DNA of 64,000 nt from Octopus sinensis. Its lineage: Eukaryota. Position numbers and translations under genes: made by a program. The notes beneath the pieces are model-generated. The model worked only from the letters and a program-made list of their open reading frames with translations, was not told where the DNA came from and searched no databases. The DNA lies in assembly GCF_006345805.1 (NCBI RefSeq), contig NC_043001.1, forward strand, positions 33,666,001-33,730,000. Reading direction: 5' to 3'. Within the stretch, counting starts at the first letter, position 1, and each line of letters starts with the position of its first letter. This document shows, in pieces, positions 62,799 through 64,000 of this stretch.

Positions 62799-63664
62799 TT
62801 AAATAGTAAAAATCTAAAAATTTTTCCTTAATTGCACAACAGAAACAAAAATTCTTCTACACCATCTAGTATGACAAAAAGAAATTGGCACATTAAAAAC
62901 AATATTGACAGCACATTGGCTGAAAAGCCAAACACAAACCATTTATTGCTTATACAGCAACTGAACACATTTAAAACTTGTTGCAAATGCATCTGTATGC
63001 AATTTTATTATTTTGCATGAAATGGAAAAATGCCAAGAAGAAAAAAAAAAGCTACATTATTAAACTAGGTGTTCAGTGTTGGATTATTAGAAAATGGGAG
63101 TTAAATGTACAAAAAAAAGGAGCTAGATTTAGCAACAAAAGAGCTAAATTGGCAACACAGCTTGGGAGCTCTGCCACATCTGCTTATAAAAAAATGGTAA
63201 AAAACTACTACCAGTACTACTATTGCTACTACTATTACCACCAATAAAAATTTTTAACAGATACATGATCAGATATTTATGAGGAGAGAACAGTGAATTA
63301 AATCAATAACAGTACTTGAGTGGTACTTTAAGTTTATCAACCCTGGAGGAACAAAAGGCAAAACTTCCTCCAACATGATCTGAACTAATAACATAGAGTG
63401 ACATTAAAATACCACCAGGAATTTTGTCCACCAAGCTACTGATTAAATCCTAGAATATATGTAAGTGTATCTATACATATATACACTTATATAGGCACAC
63501 ACACACACAGATACATATAGGTATACACACATAAACATGAACATATATATTCACACATACACACAATTATTCTCTAACAAGAACTGTATTGATAGTCAGC
63601 ACAAAGTTTTGGCCTGCTTAGCTGTCATTGGTAAGTGTGTGTATATATATATACAAACATGCAC

Positions 63665-63697
<33 letters not shown>

Positions 63698-64000
63698 TAC
63701 ATATATTTACACACATATAAATGTATACACACACAAGTTTCAACAGTTTTCACTTATGATTTCTATTTACAAGGCATTGATCATCCTGAGGTTACAGTAG
63801 AAGATTGTTGCCCAAGATGTCATACAGTGAGCTAAAACTCAAAACCAAAAGGTAACGCTTTGTTACTCCATATCTACACATCCTGCCTGCACCAATATAC
63901 ACATGTGCACAGGTATGTGTGTGTGTGTGTGTGTGTATTCATAACTGTATTAGTGTGTACATGAATGACTAATCTGGTGTGCCTTCAGATGGAACTAGTT

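Overview
AT-rich eukaryotic DNA dense in repeats and microsatellites. The SINE and RTE-tail families look like those I recall from Octopus (coleoid cephalopod); this is recognition, not a search result. The main content is the 3' part of a minus-strand GRAMD1/Aster sterol-transfer gene. I rebuilt it by hand as 10 coding exons (56886 down to the stop at 17750) with canonical GT-AG sites and consistent phases, about 412 aa: acidic linker, VASt domain, polybasic linker, transmembrane helix and luminal helix. The GRAM-domain exons were not found and probably lie beyond 64000. Around the linker exon is a cluster of candidate small exons (57, 39, 35 and 19 nt) whose phases fit the gene. A probable last coding exon of an unidentified plus-strand gene sits at 523-601, so the two genes converge across a ~13 kb spacer packed with TEs. 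Mobile elements include RTE LINEs, CR1/L2-type LINEs (one young-looking 1.8 kb copy with a single stop in ~580 codons), a near full-length mariner, an internally deleted Tc1, piggyBac-like and other MITEs, a Helitron-like element, foldback hairpins and at least three tRNA-derived SINE families. One SINE family shares its 3' tail with a LINE in this window. I cannot show a wholly new biological system. The best leads are the small-exon cluster, a possible alternative terminal exon, the young CR1 copy and the LINE-SINE pairing.
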